Shown here one piece after another: positions 31,731 through 42,918 of a stretch of DNA of 64,000 nt. The notes under the pieces are model-generated. The model was not told where the DNA came from and searched no databases. It was given only the letters and a program-made list of their open reading frames with translations. Origin of the DNA: Andalucia godoyi And28 (lineage: Eukaryota > Protista > Jakobida); NCBI GenBank assembly GCA_009859145.1, contig VRVR01000022.1:274857-338856 (forward strand), in the 5' to 3' direction. The translations under genes were made by a program, and so were the position numbers. Every line of letters begins with the position of its first letter. Position 1 is the stretch's first letter.

Positions 31731-33050
31731 TCAATTATCATCATCGTCGTCATCGTCATCTTCTTCATCAAGATCGTCGTCGAGATCAATGTGATCGTCG
31801 TCAACAGGCTCGAACTCGTCTTCCTCGTCTTCCTCGTCTTCCTCTCCCTCTTCATCCCCACCACCACCATCAGCATCATCATCATTGTCGTCGTCGTCGT
31901 CGTCGTTGTTCTCCTGTTCCTTGGCCTTCTTCTTGAGCTCAAACTTGACCTTCTTCTTCTCCTTCTTTTCGTCTTCGATGCGCTTCTTTTCTGCAACCCG
32001 TCGCTCCTGCTCTTCCCTTCGGGCCTTCTTCTCGGACCTTCGCTGGTCCATCTCCGCGATTTCTGACGCAGTCTTTTGCACAAATCGATGATACAGCACC
32101 TGTCCAGAGCAGATCCCATCCTCAATCTTCACCGGCTTCAGACGAATTCTCGGCCCGACTTCAATCACCTTGAGCGCCACCTTTTTGTTTCTGGAGTCCT
32201 CTCCATCCTCCGCCAAATCACCGTCGTCCTGCGACCGTGGTTGTTGCTGCTGGCCGTTCTTGCTTCCTCTCACAGACGAGGCAAGCAAGGATGACGGATC
32301 GTCGACCTTTTCACCTTCTGACTCGGTATCGGATCCTTGTCCAAAGAGCCCTTCCGCGCCTCCCGCAATCACTTTTCGGAGTCTGTCGATTGAAATTGCC
32401 TTTCCAAGACTGCGCTGTCGAATGACATAGTGCCTGACCTCGATCCAGTCGTTAGCAGGGTGTTTGTGGAAGAGCACCAGCCGCCGCACGTCCGAATCGA
32501 GCTTGACTGTCGAGAGCTTGAGAGCAGGGAACATCGACTGGATCGACGACGTGATCACCTTCCACTCTCCAGCCGAGCACAGTCGCTCGTTTTTCCCGTC
32601 CACAGCCGCAGAACTCGGGGTAATCGACGAAAACCCATTCATGACACACAACGCAGGAACCTTGTAGTCGATCGATGCGGTTCCAATGGGCCGCTTCTGC
32701 ACAGCCTGGACATCCCGGATGAGCGAGTACCCAAGCACCTTGAATGTGACCGTCGGCCCATTCGGCACACGGCACACTTTCCAATACGGCCCATTCTCGC
32801 CAACCGTAATCATCTGAAAGTGCGAAACCGACATGGACGACGCAACCCGCACATAGTCCCGAAGACGCGTCGACTGAGTAGACTGCAGCTTACGTGCTGT
32901 CAGCGGCTCCATCATTTGCCGCAGATCACGCACAAGTTGTTTATGCTGCTTCAGCACCGATCCACGATGAAAAATCATCGTTCGCGAAACTGCCGCTTCT
33001 ACATCAGGATTCACTGCCCGGTGCGTACGAGTTTTGCGACGTCGGCCCAT
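31731..33050 (-). CDS. PPAN: Peter Pan/Ssf1 Brix-domain ribosome biogenesis protein
   Basis: MGRRRKTRTH, LVRDLRQMMEP, VCRVPNGPTVTFKV, EVGPRIRLKPVKIEDGICSGQVLYH; acidic tail. Confidence 0.9.
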   Translation of the reverse strand: MGRRRKTRTHRAVNPDVEAAVSRTMIFHRGSVLKQHKQLVRDLRQMMEPLTARKLQSTQSTRLRDYVRVASSMSVSHFQMITVGENGPYWKVCRVPNGPTVTFKVLGYSLIRDVQAVQKRPIGTASIDYKVPALCVMNGFSSITPSSAAVDGKNERLCSAGEWKVITSSIQSMFPALKLSTVKLDSDVRRLVLFHKHPANDWIEVRHYVIRQRSLGKAISIDRLRKVIAGGAEGLFGQGSDTESEGEKVDDPSSLLASSVRGSKNGQQQQPRSQDDGDLAEDGEDSRNKKVALKVIEVGPRIRLKPVKIEDGICSGQVLYHRFVQKTASEIAEMDQRRSEKKARREEQERRVAEKKRIEDEKKEKKKVKFELKKKAKEQENNDDDDDDNDDDADGGGGDEEGEEDEEDEEDEFEPVDDDHIDLDDDLDEEDDDDDDDDN

Positions 33051-33411
33051 TGCTTCTCTATTTATGCGTGTGGATGTGTGGATGTGTGGATGTGTGAATG
33101 TGGGTGTGCTTTTCTTGTAAATGAAAATAGAAAAAACAACGTGACGGAAACGAGGCGAGAGAGCCTACGTGCTCAAGATAAAAGGGGATGGGGGGAAGAG
33201 CGAAAGACGGATCTACAGTGGCTGCGACATGAGGACGTGATGGACACGGCAGCTGGTGGGCTGGGAGCTTTTTTCTTCCAGCTTGTTTGAAACGTTGTTC
33301 GGGGAAGCGGAACAAGGGTTATGTGTGCTTGAGCCTATTGTCCAAGTCGAAGACACTGCATCGTAACAGCAAGAGGTGGCAGGGGTGGTGGTAAATGACC
33401 TTGCGTCCACG

Positions 33412-34144
33412 ATGAGTCGATGTGCAGATTCGTGTGCTTTGAACAATCGAGACGACAACGACGACGACGACGACGATAAGGATGACAAGAATGGGGAGAG
33501 TCGCTTTCGGGAGTTCAAGCAGTCCGTGCTGAGAAACGGGATTCCAGTCGAACCGTCGTTTGCATTTGTTGTGAAGGTTCACCAGTACAAATCATTGGAT
33601 CCTTTGTTCCAGGTCATAGCGGATGAGCTTCCGCTCTCTGCCTTTATTCCTGATTCCTTGATAAGACCGCGAAGGCATGCTGAAAATACGTCTTTTTTCT
33701 TGAACTGCGAAAACAACAATGACAACGCCAACGACGATGGTGATAGTGGTGGTGACGCGTCCAGCGAGGAAGAGTTGACGATGAACGGGCGGCGTCTCCT
33801 TGAGAGAGACGGCATTCTTGAACGAATGCCGCATATCTTGCGTGATAACGATCCGGCCAAGAAATTAATTGAGGATTCCAGTGCCCGGCTCGCTTCTGCA
33901 CTGTCGACCATTGTGTCCAGCATAAACTTTTGGGAGTCGTTTGGCGAGCCGCAGTCTAACAACGAAGATGATGAGAATGCGAGCTGGGTAGACTCGTTTT
34001 CACTGCACCAGAAACCACAATTGTCGTACGAAAAGTGGAGACTGCTTTCACGGATGGTGCATCGAGCAACTGCAGAGTGGGATGGGAAATTGGAATCCAT
34101 GCGCAGTACCGTGCAGCATGCGGACGACGACGGCGGCGGCGACT

Positions 34145-34194
<50 letters not shown>

Positions 34195-35487
34195 GCGCGC
34201 TCCACGGCAATCAATGATCTGAAGCAAGTATTGCACACGGAGGTTTCCGCCATCCAAGATTCGATCGAGTGGAGGCAACACTGGAAAGCGCTGGATTTTG
34301 GCTCTTCTAACTCCACGGACGACGGCGGCACTTGTGAAATACCATACTTGGCAGATCCTGCATTCTGCTCTCATGTTGTGATTCATGCACCGAGCAATAC
34401 ACGAGTGGCTGTGCATGTTGACTGGATGCGCCGCAAAGATGCTGTACAGAAAAAGCTGCAACTGGAATCTGTTGTTTTTGACGTGCAGTCTGGCCAGGAC
34501 GGGGTGAACGGAAAGTCAAAATTCAAGAGTCTCGTCTTGTCTGCGATGGCTTCTCAGTTAAAACACGACATACAAAGCTGCATGGTTCAGGACGACGTCA
34601 CGAAGAACATGGAGCAATTGCAGCACGCGCTTCGACATGTGACAGCTGGGACAGTCGACGGTGTTCGTGATGCTGTTTCGTACAAGGAGCAAGTGCGAAG
34701 TGCAAGCTCCACCACGGTATCAGCGTTGCAAGGATTTGCCGGTCTCGGGTTTTTGGAACCGCTTTTCCAAAGCCCGCGTGCAGCAGTCTATCCGCGCATC
34801 TTGGAGTCGTTTCGAGCCATTTCACTCTATACGTATGATTTTGAAAATGCGTCGTGCGAGAGATGTTCGCACTTGTTTTTCCACTTTCTCAAAGCACTTT
34901 TGCGAGTTTTGCTTCCTCGAGCATCTTTGGCAAGTTTGTGGCAGTGCACGTCTCGTAACGGAGAGGATTTTGCGCAATTCGAAATGTCAGTTACAAGACA
35001 TCATCCTTTGAGTATTTTATTCCATGGAGAGAACGAACAATCAGAATCAATCACGGGCCCGTCGTTGCTCCTCTTTAACTGCATCCATCCACCAACGGCA
35101 GCAAAGGTGTTGATGGAGAGTGTGACGGACGTTTCAAACGTCCTTCCCGTCGCCAAATCCTTGCTCTCTGTTCCCTGGGACCACATAGCAAATACACTGA
35201 GTTTTCCAGAGCTGTGTCTGTGGGCTCCAGATTTCGGCATTCGAAGGACTGCCCATGCATCATCGCAAGGCTCCGTGCCTGCTCCACGAAATGTGGAAGA
35301 ACTCACAAAGACACTGGAGAATTGCTCCGTTTTGTGGTCAAAATCCACCGCGATATTCCGGTCGAAGAATCTCTTCCTGTCGTCTGCCCGGTCGGAGCTG
35401 TTTGCACACTTCATGAAGCGATATGAGGACTGGATTGGACATGCCGCAGTGTCCCTTTCCAGGATGGGTCCTCCATCATCATTCTGA
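33412..35487 (+). CDS. Uncharacterised protein with poly-Asp tracts (weak resemblance to Mediator MED1 in the C-terminal half)
   Basis: About 691-aa ORF from ATG 33412 with coding-like composition. The family assignment is not secure. Confidence 0.7.
34147..34191 (+). repeat. (GAT)15 coding microsatellite (poly-Asp)
   Basis: Direct reading; in frame with the 33412 ORF. Confidence 0.9.
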
Positions 35488-35601
35488 TCATCACCAAACT
35501 GAGCTTAGCTGGAAATGCTAGAGGACAGAAGGGGGAGAAAGGAGGACAGAAAGAAATGAAAAAAGAAAGAAAGAAAGAAAGAAAGATATTCACCATGCGG
35601 C

Positions 35602-37479
35602 TTACTTTCCAGCGGTTGCGGGTACAGCGGGACGAAGAACCAGTCGAAGAACGACCGTCGCAGGGTCCATCGAACGTTGTAGTGCAACCGCACGGAGCTT
35701 TGGCAACAGAATCCAACCACAATCCTTGTTATCCCAGACGAATAAGCTTTCGATGCGTTCAGGTAAAATACCACCTCTTCTCAAGATGCCAAAGATCATC
35801 GGACGCGAGAGTGTCTCGGCAACGACGCCCTCTTGTCGAACCGTTCGCCAGATCCCAGGTGCGCCGGATACTTGGTACTTCAATAAAATCGGTCTTCCCA
35901 GTTCGGGAAAAGCAATTGCAACTTCTTCCGGAGTGTACGCGAACTTGTGGAAGGGACGGAAATCAGAGCCCTCAAGACGCGTCGCAGCGGTCAGTGATTT
36001 GTAATACCGCGCGTCCGCCACACAAAGCTCCTCCTCGATGCGGAGCACCTCCAGGTCTTCCACAGAAAGCAGCCTGTTCTTGGAAAACACTCTTTCCAAG
36101 AACCCGCGATCATATCGAAGGATAGGTCTCCTGATGAGGACATCCTCATCGTCCTCGTAATTGTCATCCCGGAGACCAAGTTCATCTGAGCACGCCGTTC
36201 GCACACGCTTGGCAGTCCACCGACGAATTTGCTTCTCCAGGGTCTCCAACTCGTCTCGATCATCATCGCGGCCACCGCTTCCCGTCGACACAGCCCCAGT
36301 CCCAGTCCCAGAAGCTTGCACAGGATTTAGACATCCCCTATCTCGAAGCGGATCGACACGAGCATTCACGTCATCGCCGAAATCCATCAGGTCCATGTCT
36401 CGAAGATCATCATCGTTTGCAGCAACATCCGGAAGCTTAGATGCAATCTGTAGCTTCATCCAGACAAGGGCTTGTGCAGAGTCGGCTGCAACGGTCCCCA
36501 GAGAAACAGGGACATTCCCATCCGCGGAGCTCAGCGGATTCGTGTTTCCGCAGTAGACGCCGCCCGAAGCGACGTTTCCATTGCCGTTCGTGCGATCGAC
36601 AGGAGCGCCGGTCATCGTGGACAGCTCGTCTCTTCCGGGCATGATGCTACCTGGGCCAGCGGTAGGAGTATCCTCTCCAACCAAACTTGACAAATAGCCA
36701 AGACCATTGATGACAACGGACGGTCCAGAGAGCGACAAGAGCGAGCTGGACAATTTCCAATACTCCCGATCCGCCAGCAGCTTGTCTACTTCCGTTCTCC
36801 GCCGATCAATCTCTGCAGCGGTACTGCTTCGACTGCCCCGCTGCCTCTTCTTTCCGTCTATCACATCTACGATGGCGTTCTTGTCGTTCTTTTCCTTGTT
36901 CTTTCGCTCCTCTTCAAGGCGCATCTGCTCCATAAACTCCTCTGGAGCACGCCCGGACTTCCGACAGTCCATGCAAAACCATAGTCCTTTCGGAATCTCG
37001 TCCAGCGGCGGATTGCAGCAATACAAGTGGTATGCAGCAGGGCAGCCATCGCAACAAATCAAAAACCCGCCTTGGAAGCACTGATAGCAGACATCTTCAT
37101 TGTGCACAGTTTCTTCCAAGTCGCTCGCAGAAGGATGAAGAAGGACGCCGGCAGCCGTGGTGAAGCGGCTTCCTTTTTTGAAAGCAGCCAAGCAAGCTTC
37201 GGCCTCTCGCAGTCCCTCTTGATACTCCGCAGACTTGCTTGATCCATTGAAGAACTTTTTCAGCAGCGATGCCTGGGTCGGCGGCGCTGTTTTGGACGAT
37301 TCAAACGGCTTCAGCTGCTTGCCTTCCAACTTTGCCTGCAGTCGTTTCTTGCCGCCAAAAAACAATACGAGATACTGATCTTGCTGTGGATAGGATTCAA
37401 GAACGAACCCCGGCCAAAAAGGGTGGCCCGTCACACGCGCCCAAACAAGGTCCGCATAGGTGTATCTTGTGCCTGACAT
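35602..37479 (-). CDS. PWWP + PHD-finger chromatin reader
   Basis: Likely start ATG 37479. [15 protein letters not shown]...YLVLFFG is a PWWP domain. NEDVCYQC...[33 protein letters not shown] is a C4HC3 PHD finger. Confidence 0.88.
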   Translation of the reverse strand: MSGTRYTYADLVWARVTGHPFWPGFVLESYPQQDQYLVLFFGGKKRLQAKLEGKQLKPFESSKTAPPTQASLLKKFFNGSSKSAEYQEGLREAEACLAAFKKGSRFTTAAGVLLHPSASDLEETVHNEDVCYQCFQGGFLICCDGCPAAYHLYCCNPPLDEIPKGLWFCMDCRKSGRAPEEFMEQMRLEEERKNKEKNDKNAIVDVIDGKKRQRGSRSSTAAEIDRRRTEVDKLLADREYWKLSSSLLSLSGPSVVINGLGYLSSLVGEDTPTAGPGSIMPGRDELSTMTGAPVDRTNGNGNVASGGVYCGNTNPLSSADGNVPVSLGTVAADSAQALVWMKLQIASKLPDVAANDDDLRDMDLMDFGDDVNARVDPLRDRGCLNPVQASGTGTGAVSTGSGGRDDDRDELETLEKQIRRWTAKRVRTACSDELGLRDDNYEDDEDVLIRRPILRYDRGFLERVFSKNRLLSVEDLEVLRIEEELCVADARYYKSLTAATRLEGSDFRPFHKFAYTPEEVAIAFPELGRPILLKYQVSGAPGIWRTVRQEGVVAETLSRPMIFGILRRGGILPERIESLFVWDNKDCGWILLPKLRAVALQRSMDPATVVLRLVLRPAVPATAGK

Positions 37480-37971
37480 CTTTCCTAGTCTTGTTCTCCA
37501 AACACACTCGCACAAACACACATACACGCACGCCCGCACATGCAACAGCAGCAGCAACAGCAACAGCAACAACTGAAAAGCTGGATGAACGACATCGAAA
37601 AGGAAAATAAGAAGCAAAAGATGGCGAGCGGAGACACTGGTCCCATCAGATTCAGCATCAAAAAAGCAATCGACAGCTGTCGAATGTAAATTTGACAATA
37701 GTACATTGTTTTACAGTAGCGCTGTTGGTTGCTGGCTGCTGCTGCATGACGTCGCCGTTCGGGGAATCGGGGTCGTTCACCCGGTGCGTGCCATCTGCCT
37801 GATGAAGAGAGTTCTGCTGCTGGAGCCTGGACGACAAGGAGAAGGAGTCCGGAGAGCGAGTGGTAGACGGCGGCGCTGGAAAAACACCCAGAGAGAAGCC
37901 CCTCCGTGCGCTTGCTGACCAAGAACGACAAAAAGCGTGAGGCCTGCATCTCGCGTGTTATCCCAGGGAGG

Positions 37972-38047
37972 AAGAAAAAGAAGAAAAAGAAGAAAAAGAA
38001 GAAAAAGAAGAAAAAGAAGAAAAAGAAGAAAAAGAAGAAGAAAAAAC
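37972..38047 (+). repeat. (AAGAAAAAG)n 9-mer tandem repeat
   Basis: About eight units, between the PWWP-PHD gene and the CDK 3' end. Confidence 0.9.
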
Positions 38048-38059
38048 AATGCACTGGAT

Positions 38060-39094
38060 CTACTCAATGTCGAAAGATCGCACTTCACGCGGAGGGACAG
38101 AGACAAGCAGTTCTGGTGCGCAAGCAATGGGAGCTTCCTCGAACCATGGATGAGACAGGGCCTGCTTCGCTGTGATTCGCACCCGAGGGTCATATGTTAA
38201 CAATCGACAAAGCAAGTCGAAACCGGTGTCCGAGAGCATTGCAGGACCGATCAACGTGCGAAGCCTGTCCCAGCCGAGAGGATATGCCTTGAAGCACCAC
38301 GTCTTCACATACGGCAAGTTATTGTACCCTGGCCACACAGTTTCATTCGGGGTGCCCAAGAGGGACAGGATGCGATCGATCTGCTGAATTTCCCGAGACG
38401 CGGCAAATAATGGGGCATGCGAGATGACTTCTGCCATGATGCATCCGATGGACCACATATCCACGGATGAAGAGTAGAATCTGTCGCCGAGAAGCACCTC
38501 GAGCGGTCTGTACCACAATGTGACGACCGGCGCTGTAAGTGGCCGCTGCATTGGATGACGCTCCGTGATCTTTGAGAATGGCCGAGCAAGTCCGAAATCA
38601 CAAATCTTGAGCACCCCGCTCTTGAAGAGAATATTGGTTGGCTTCAGATCTCTGTGCATGATGAACTGCGAGTGACAGTGGTCGATTCCCTGGAGAAGTT
38701 GCTTCATAATGCACTTGTGTTGCGGAACCGTGAATTTTGTTGTGTGTTTCATATGCTCCATGAGATAACGCAAGTCAAAATCACTATGCTCAAGAACCAT
38801 AAACACCTTTTGCGATGCTGGCGACACTGCAATTTCCTTCAACTCCACAATGTTTGGATGCTGGAGCGAGAACAATGCACGAATTTCCCGTATCGGTACT
38901 ATGGGAAACCCATCGCGCTCTTCTTTCGGGTCCACATGGATCCTTTTCAGCGCTACAACCTCCTCCGTGTCCTTGTCCTGCGCCTTGTACACTGTCCCAT
39001 ACGAACCCTCGGATAACCGGCCAAGCTTCTTGAATCGATTCACATCGCGTGCCGGAACACTTCCAGGAACAAAAGCAGAAGTCTCGGATTGCAT
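38060..39094 (-). CDS. Cyclin-dependent kinase, CDK10/CDK11 (PITSLRE-like) family
   Basis: Start probably ATG 39094 (the upstream in-frame stretch is microsatellite). EGSYGTVY, VALKRI, GFPIVPIREI, HRDLKPTN, DFGLAR, VVTLWYRPLE. Confidence 0.88.
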   Translation of the reverse strand: MQSETSAFVPGSVPARDVNRFKKLGRLSEGSYGTVYKAQDKDTEEVVALKRIHVDPKEERDGFPIVPIREIRALFSLQHPNIVELKEIAVSPASQKVFMVLEHSDFDLRYLMEHMKHTTKFTVPQHKCIMKQLLQGIDHCHSQFIMHRDLKPTNILFKSGVLKICDFGLARPFSKITERHPMQRPLTAPVVTLWYRPLEVLLGDRFYSSSVDMWSIGCIMAEVISHAPLFAASREIQQIDRILSLLGTPNETVWPGYNNLPYVKTWCFKAYPLGWDRLRTLIGPAMLSDTGFDLLCRLLTYDPRVRITAKQALSHPWFEEAPIACAPELLVSVPPREVRSFDIE

Positions 39095-39365
39095 ACACTC
39101 CTCTCTCTCTCTCTCTCTCTCTCTCTGTCTGTCTATATATATATATATATATATCCTCGTGACCTGGCCCTCTCGCAATCTAGCAGCGGGTAGCGTCTGT
39201 GCGTCACGCGCTCTGAACGTCAGAATGGGGAATTTCGCCCCAGCTTTTGAATTTACCAAACCAAAACGAAAAACGAAGAATGTCGACGCTGAGGATTCTC
39301 TGACTCATTTTCTGCGTTTTCTTTGGTTCAACTTCAATCTGATCTGCTGCTTTTCGTATTTTCCC

Positions 39366-39411
39366 TTTGGTTTTGGTTTTGGTTTTGGTTTTGGTTTTGG
39401 TTTTGGTTTTG
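39366..39411 (+). repeat. (TTTTGG)6 tandem repeat in the divergent CDK/COQ10 spacer
   Basis: Direct reading. Confidence 0.9.
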
Positions 39412-39561
39412 CTGTTGCTGTTTGTGTTTTCTCTCTTTTCTTTTCTTTTTTTTTTTTTTTTGAATTCTACCTTTGGGATGATCATTATCATTTGAGCACT
39501 GTTGTGAAGGCGATCTTGCTACGGAGGAAGGGGTGGTGTCTTTTTTTTTTTGGGGGGGGGG

Positions 39562-40122
39562 ATGCTGGCATGTCAGAGAATCTGTCGTCGCTCGATATTT
39601 TCGTTTCTTCCGAGGCCGCCGTTTCTGGGCGGGGGTGGATCGACGCGCATCCATGCAAAGCGCCACGGAGAGCGTGCTCTTCTTGGATATTCGCCTGAGC
39701 AGCTGTTCGATGTTGTGATTGATGTGGATTCCTATGCAGAGTTTATTCCGTGGTGCTCTGGATCGAAAATTCTGAAAAGAAACCCGGACAATACGATGAA
39801 CGCGGAATTAAAGATTGGATTCAAGCCGTTTGAGGAACGATACACGTCGCATATTTCATATGCTAGACCACGTGTTGTGTATGTGAATGTCCAGGAAGGT
39901 CGGCTGTTCCACCATTTGAAGACTGAGTGGGTGTTCTCGGAAGGTCCAAAGCCAAATTCCTGCGATCTGAACTTCTCTGTGGACTTTGCGTTTGCGAGCG
40001 TCCTGCATCAAAGGGTCGCGGAAATGTTCTTCCATGAAGTGTCGTCAACGATGACTTCGGCATTTGAAAAGCGGTGCAGGGCCGTGTATGGGAAACCGTC
40101 GTTGACCATGCGTACATTGTGA
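39562..40122 (+). CDS. COQ10: COQ10 (START-fold coenzyme Q-binding protein), mitochondrial
   Basis: LGYSPEQLFDVVIDVDSYAEFIPWC...AELKIGFKPFEERYTSHI...FHHLKTEW...VDFAF...AFEKRC; presequence-like N-terminus. Confidence 0.92.
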   Translation: MLACQRICRRSIFSFLPRPPFLGGGGSTRIHAKRHGERALLGYSPEQLFDVVIDVDSYAEFIPWCSGSKILKRNPDNTMNAELKIGFKPFEERYTSHISYARPRVVYVNVQEGRLFHHLKTEWVFSEGPKPNSCDLNFSVDFAFASVLHQRVAEMFFHEVSSTMTSAFEKRCRAVYGKPSLTMRTL

Positions 40123-40317
40123 TCCATCCTGCGATCGGGCGAAGCCAGACCCCACGCGTAATGTTATAGAAGTCAGATCAGTTGCGGTAGTGTTGTAAAT
40201 TATATCAATGTCATCGGACTTCTGCATCATGGTGCCTCAGCGTCGGTCGCGTGTGGACTTGCAGCCATCTTTTCCTGCTGGGGAATTCATGATTGTGGAA
40301 AAAGCCGAGTGCTGGAG

Positions 40318-40820
40318 CCGTTGAATAATAACACGTCATTGTCATGCCATACGGGGGACCGACCGACACCAGCTCGTTTGCTTCACAGGAACTCGTGCTT
40401 ACGCACGCTCGGCCAAAATTCAGCCTGTGACACACGCTCCGCATTTTCGACACTCTTTAACGCAGCATCCGTAGCCATCCATCATTCGTTCAGCGCACTG
40501 CCAAGAGGCGAACGTCCAAGACACGATCTCCAATCCCCAGCACGCAGGTTAGCCAACCCCAAGCAGAAGCCTCAGGGACCGTCTCTTGCAGAACTCTTGG
40601 TTTTTCTGCTACGATGCACCAGGCGCAGTCGTAGTTGCAAAACCCCACCGTCTTCCTACCGCCTCTTCCTCTCGTATCTCCAGGTGCATCAATCGCTGCA
40701 ACTGAGGACACGAAAGTGCCTGCCGCTAGGGCCGTCAGAATCAAAATGCAAGTTTGAATATGCATGTCTATTCGTGGATGTTCATGTTCAGAGTATAACG
40801 CAGGCGTCGACTGATTCATC
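40318..40820 (-). repeat. Copy B (left part) of the dispersed degenerate element
   Basis: Collinear with 19653-20260: shared blocks separated by unrelated inserts. Confidence 0.85.
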
Positions 40821-41096
40821 AATTAATTAATTTGCTAACTCTGCTGGTGACTTGCTGCGCGGTGCGGCTTGCACCAAGGTACTGGCATAAGCATTCCTGT
40901 TAAGCGGATCTCGGAAAGAGCAGCTGTGCCTCTCGCGTACGAAACCTGCCTTTGAATTTGTGATTTGGAATTTGGATCCTTCTCCTTCTTCGTCGGTTTG
41001 ACTCACTGCAACGCAGTCCGTGATTGCGGATTGCCAAACTCTCCCGCTTCTCGAGTTTATGATCCTTAGATTTTCATTCTTTCAGGTTTCTGTTTA

Positions 41097-42200
41097 CTAC
41101 TCTGTTGTGTCCATTCCATTCTCCTCATCGTCCTCGTCGGCAGCATCGGCAAAAGATGGTCCAAACCGTCTGACAAGGAAATCAGACGGGATCTCGGCGA
41201 CCATTTCAAGACTTGCACCCACCTCGTCAGCGAGTTCTTTCATTTGCTGCACGAGTTCCACATCTTCCTCGTACTCTCCTTCTGTTGCGATCTTCAGTCC
41301 GTAGGCAGCGCATTCTATTGCAATGTCCTTGTTGCCGAGAGACGCGTGGCACGCTGTGAGCAAATACCAGATTCCAAGAACCATGGCATCTTCATAGAGC
41401 AGTCGTTCAAGCACCTCGATCGCCCTTTCTTGCAGTCCAAGTTCCATGAGGATCTTTGCAGTTTGAATTCTAAAGTCCAGAATTGGCAGCTCATGTGATC
41501 CATCCCCGTTGTCGCCCTCCTCGTCCTCAAATGTGGCTTCATCAATCGGCGCGTCTGGCGAAACTTTCCGGATGGGAACATGCCATAGACTGAGTGACCG
41601 AAGCAACGTTTCCTTGGCTTCCTCCGGTCGCTGTTGGGAAATGCGGATGCTGGCCAACGTTTGAAGCGCCTCTACATTGTTTGGCATTACGGACAGCGCA
41701 ACAGTCATTGCGCGCTCGCACTGCTGTTCCGCGTCCTGTTCAAAGCACAAATCCGTCATGAATAAATCTGCAATGCCGCAAAGCCCTCGACAAACCTTTT
41801 CGTTGCGCTCTGCTGATTCCGGTTGCTTCATCAGAATCGACACTCCATGTTCATAAAACGCCACCGCTTGTCTGCCGGTTGAGAGCTGGCCCATGTACAT
41901 GTACGGCTCGGCAATCGCATCTCCGTGCCTCTCGATGCTCTTCATCAAAAACAAGCGTGCCTTGTCCGATTCGCCCAAATCAAGAAGTAATTCTGCATAC
42001 AGATCGATCAGCTCCACGTTGTCAGGCTCGACTTGGAGTGCACGACGAAAATACTTCTCCGCCTCTTCAAAATGCCCAAGCTCCGCAAGCTCGCAGCCTT
42101 TCTCAATCATCGCGGGAACACTAATTGGTAGCCGACTCCCCGAACTCGATCCATTCGCTTTTCGTGGTGGCCGTCCATGCCGTCGTGAAGGAGGAGGCAT
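41097..42200 (-). CDS. ACL4: TPR protein Acl4 (assembly chaperone of Rpl4/uL4)
   Basis: TPR repeats plus Acl4-like YMYMGQL, LCGIADLFMTDLCFEQDAEQQCE, EALQTLASIRISQQR, FRIQTAKILME and WYLL; acidic tail. Confidence 0.8.
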   Translation of the reverse strand: MPPPSRRHGRPPRKANGSSSGSRLPISVPAMIEKGCELAELGHFEEAEKYFRRALQVEPDNVELIDLYAELLLDLGESDKARLFLMKSIERHGDAIAEPYMYMGQLSTGRQAVAFYEHGVSILMKQPESAERNEKVCRGLCGIADLFMTDLCFEQDAEQQCERAMTVALSVMPNNVEALQTLASIRISQQRPEEAKETLLRSLSLWHVPIRKVSPDAPIDEATFEDEEGDNGDGSHELPILDFRIQTAKILMELGLQERAIEVLERLLYEDAMVLGIWYLLTACHASLGNKDIAIECAAYGLKIATEGEYEEDVELVQQMKELADEVGASLEMVAEIPSDFLVRRFGPSFADAADEDDEENGMDTTE

Positions 42201-42339
42201 CTTCTTTTTGCTCGCAAAGCAGTCTGCTCCAATTCACTCGACAAGCCAGAAACGTGAAGAAATAATAATACTATTAATTTAAAATAACAAAATAACAAAA
42301 CAAAAAAAAAAAAAGACAAGCACGGATGACTATTTCTGC

Positions 42340-42790
42340 GTATGAACTTCGAAAACAACATCATTCCGGAAGTTTTGTTTATCCAACGCCTATGGAGACG
42401 CGATTTTCTTACCGTAGTCAAGTCTAGCATTTCTTGATTCTTCACTTTTTGCTGTTCTATTCTTGCTGAGCAAGCTGCGGATGATCATCAAATCACGACG
42501 ATGTGATCGCTTTGCGTTCGGAATGCGCTTTCAAGTCAGAGAACAAGAAGGAACAAAGACAAAAAGCGTCGTCAGGCGCGATGGGCAACACCGCCGACCA
42601 CATTCTGTTTCCTCCAGCGTTTCAATTTTTGAATGTTGAATCGCTTGGGAAATATGCTGGCTGCGATGCCCGTCTGACGCAGAGCAATCTGCATTGAGGA
42701 GTTGGTGCTCGCCCCAAATTGGATCTGTCTTCGGTGATCGCTTCGCCGATGATCAATAGTGATTCGTGTTTTGGCGGGCAGATGAATCAA
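42340..42790 (-). repeat. Copy B (right part) of the dispersed degenerate element
   Basis: 42410-42719 differs from 20315-20624 at 3 of 310 positions. Flanks align more loosely with 44765-45145. Confidence 0.9.
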
Positions 42791-42918
42791 TCGCCTTGAA
42801 CCCACTCCTTATTTTTTGCTGGGTTTAGTTCGGCTTGATGCTAGAGAGTTCAGAGTTTCGCTCTCAAAAAAGGAGCTTGTTACAGCAGACGGCAATCCGG
42901 AAAATGCTTCCCGTTCAC

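Noticed and set aside
31370-32125. 251-aa minus-strand ORF overlapping PPAN
   Set aside because: Alternative frame of PPAN's low-complexity tail running into the spacer.
39095-39259. N-terminal extension of the CDK (IYIYIY, REREREE)
   Set aside because: Translation of (AT)n and (GA)n microsatellites; treated as 5' UTR.
39366-39411. (TTTTGG)n as a telomere or chromosome-fusion scar
   Set aside because: Only six units, internal, flanked by other microsatellites, and no evidence that this is the organism's telomere repeat.
40850-41010. U1 snRNA-like hints (TTGCAC, AATTTGTG)
   Set aside because: No 5' ACUUACCUG and no U1-70K loop; spacing is wrong; the region is better explained as Acl4 3' flank.
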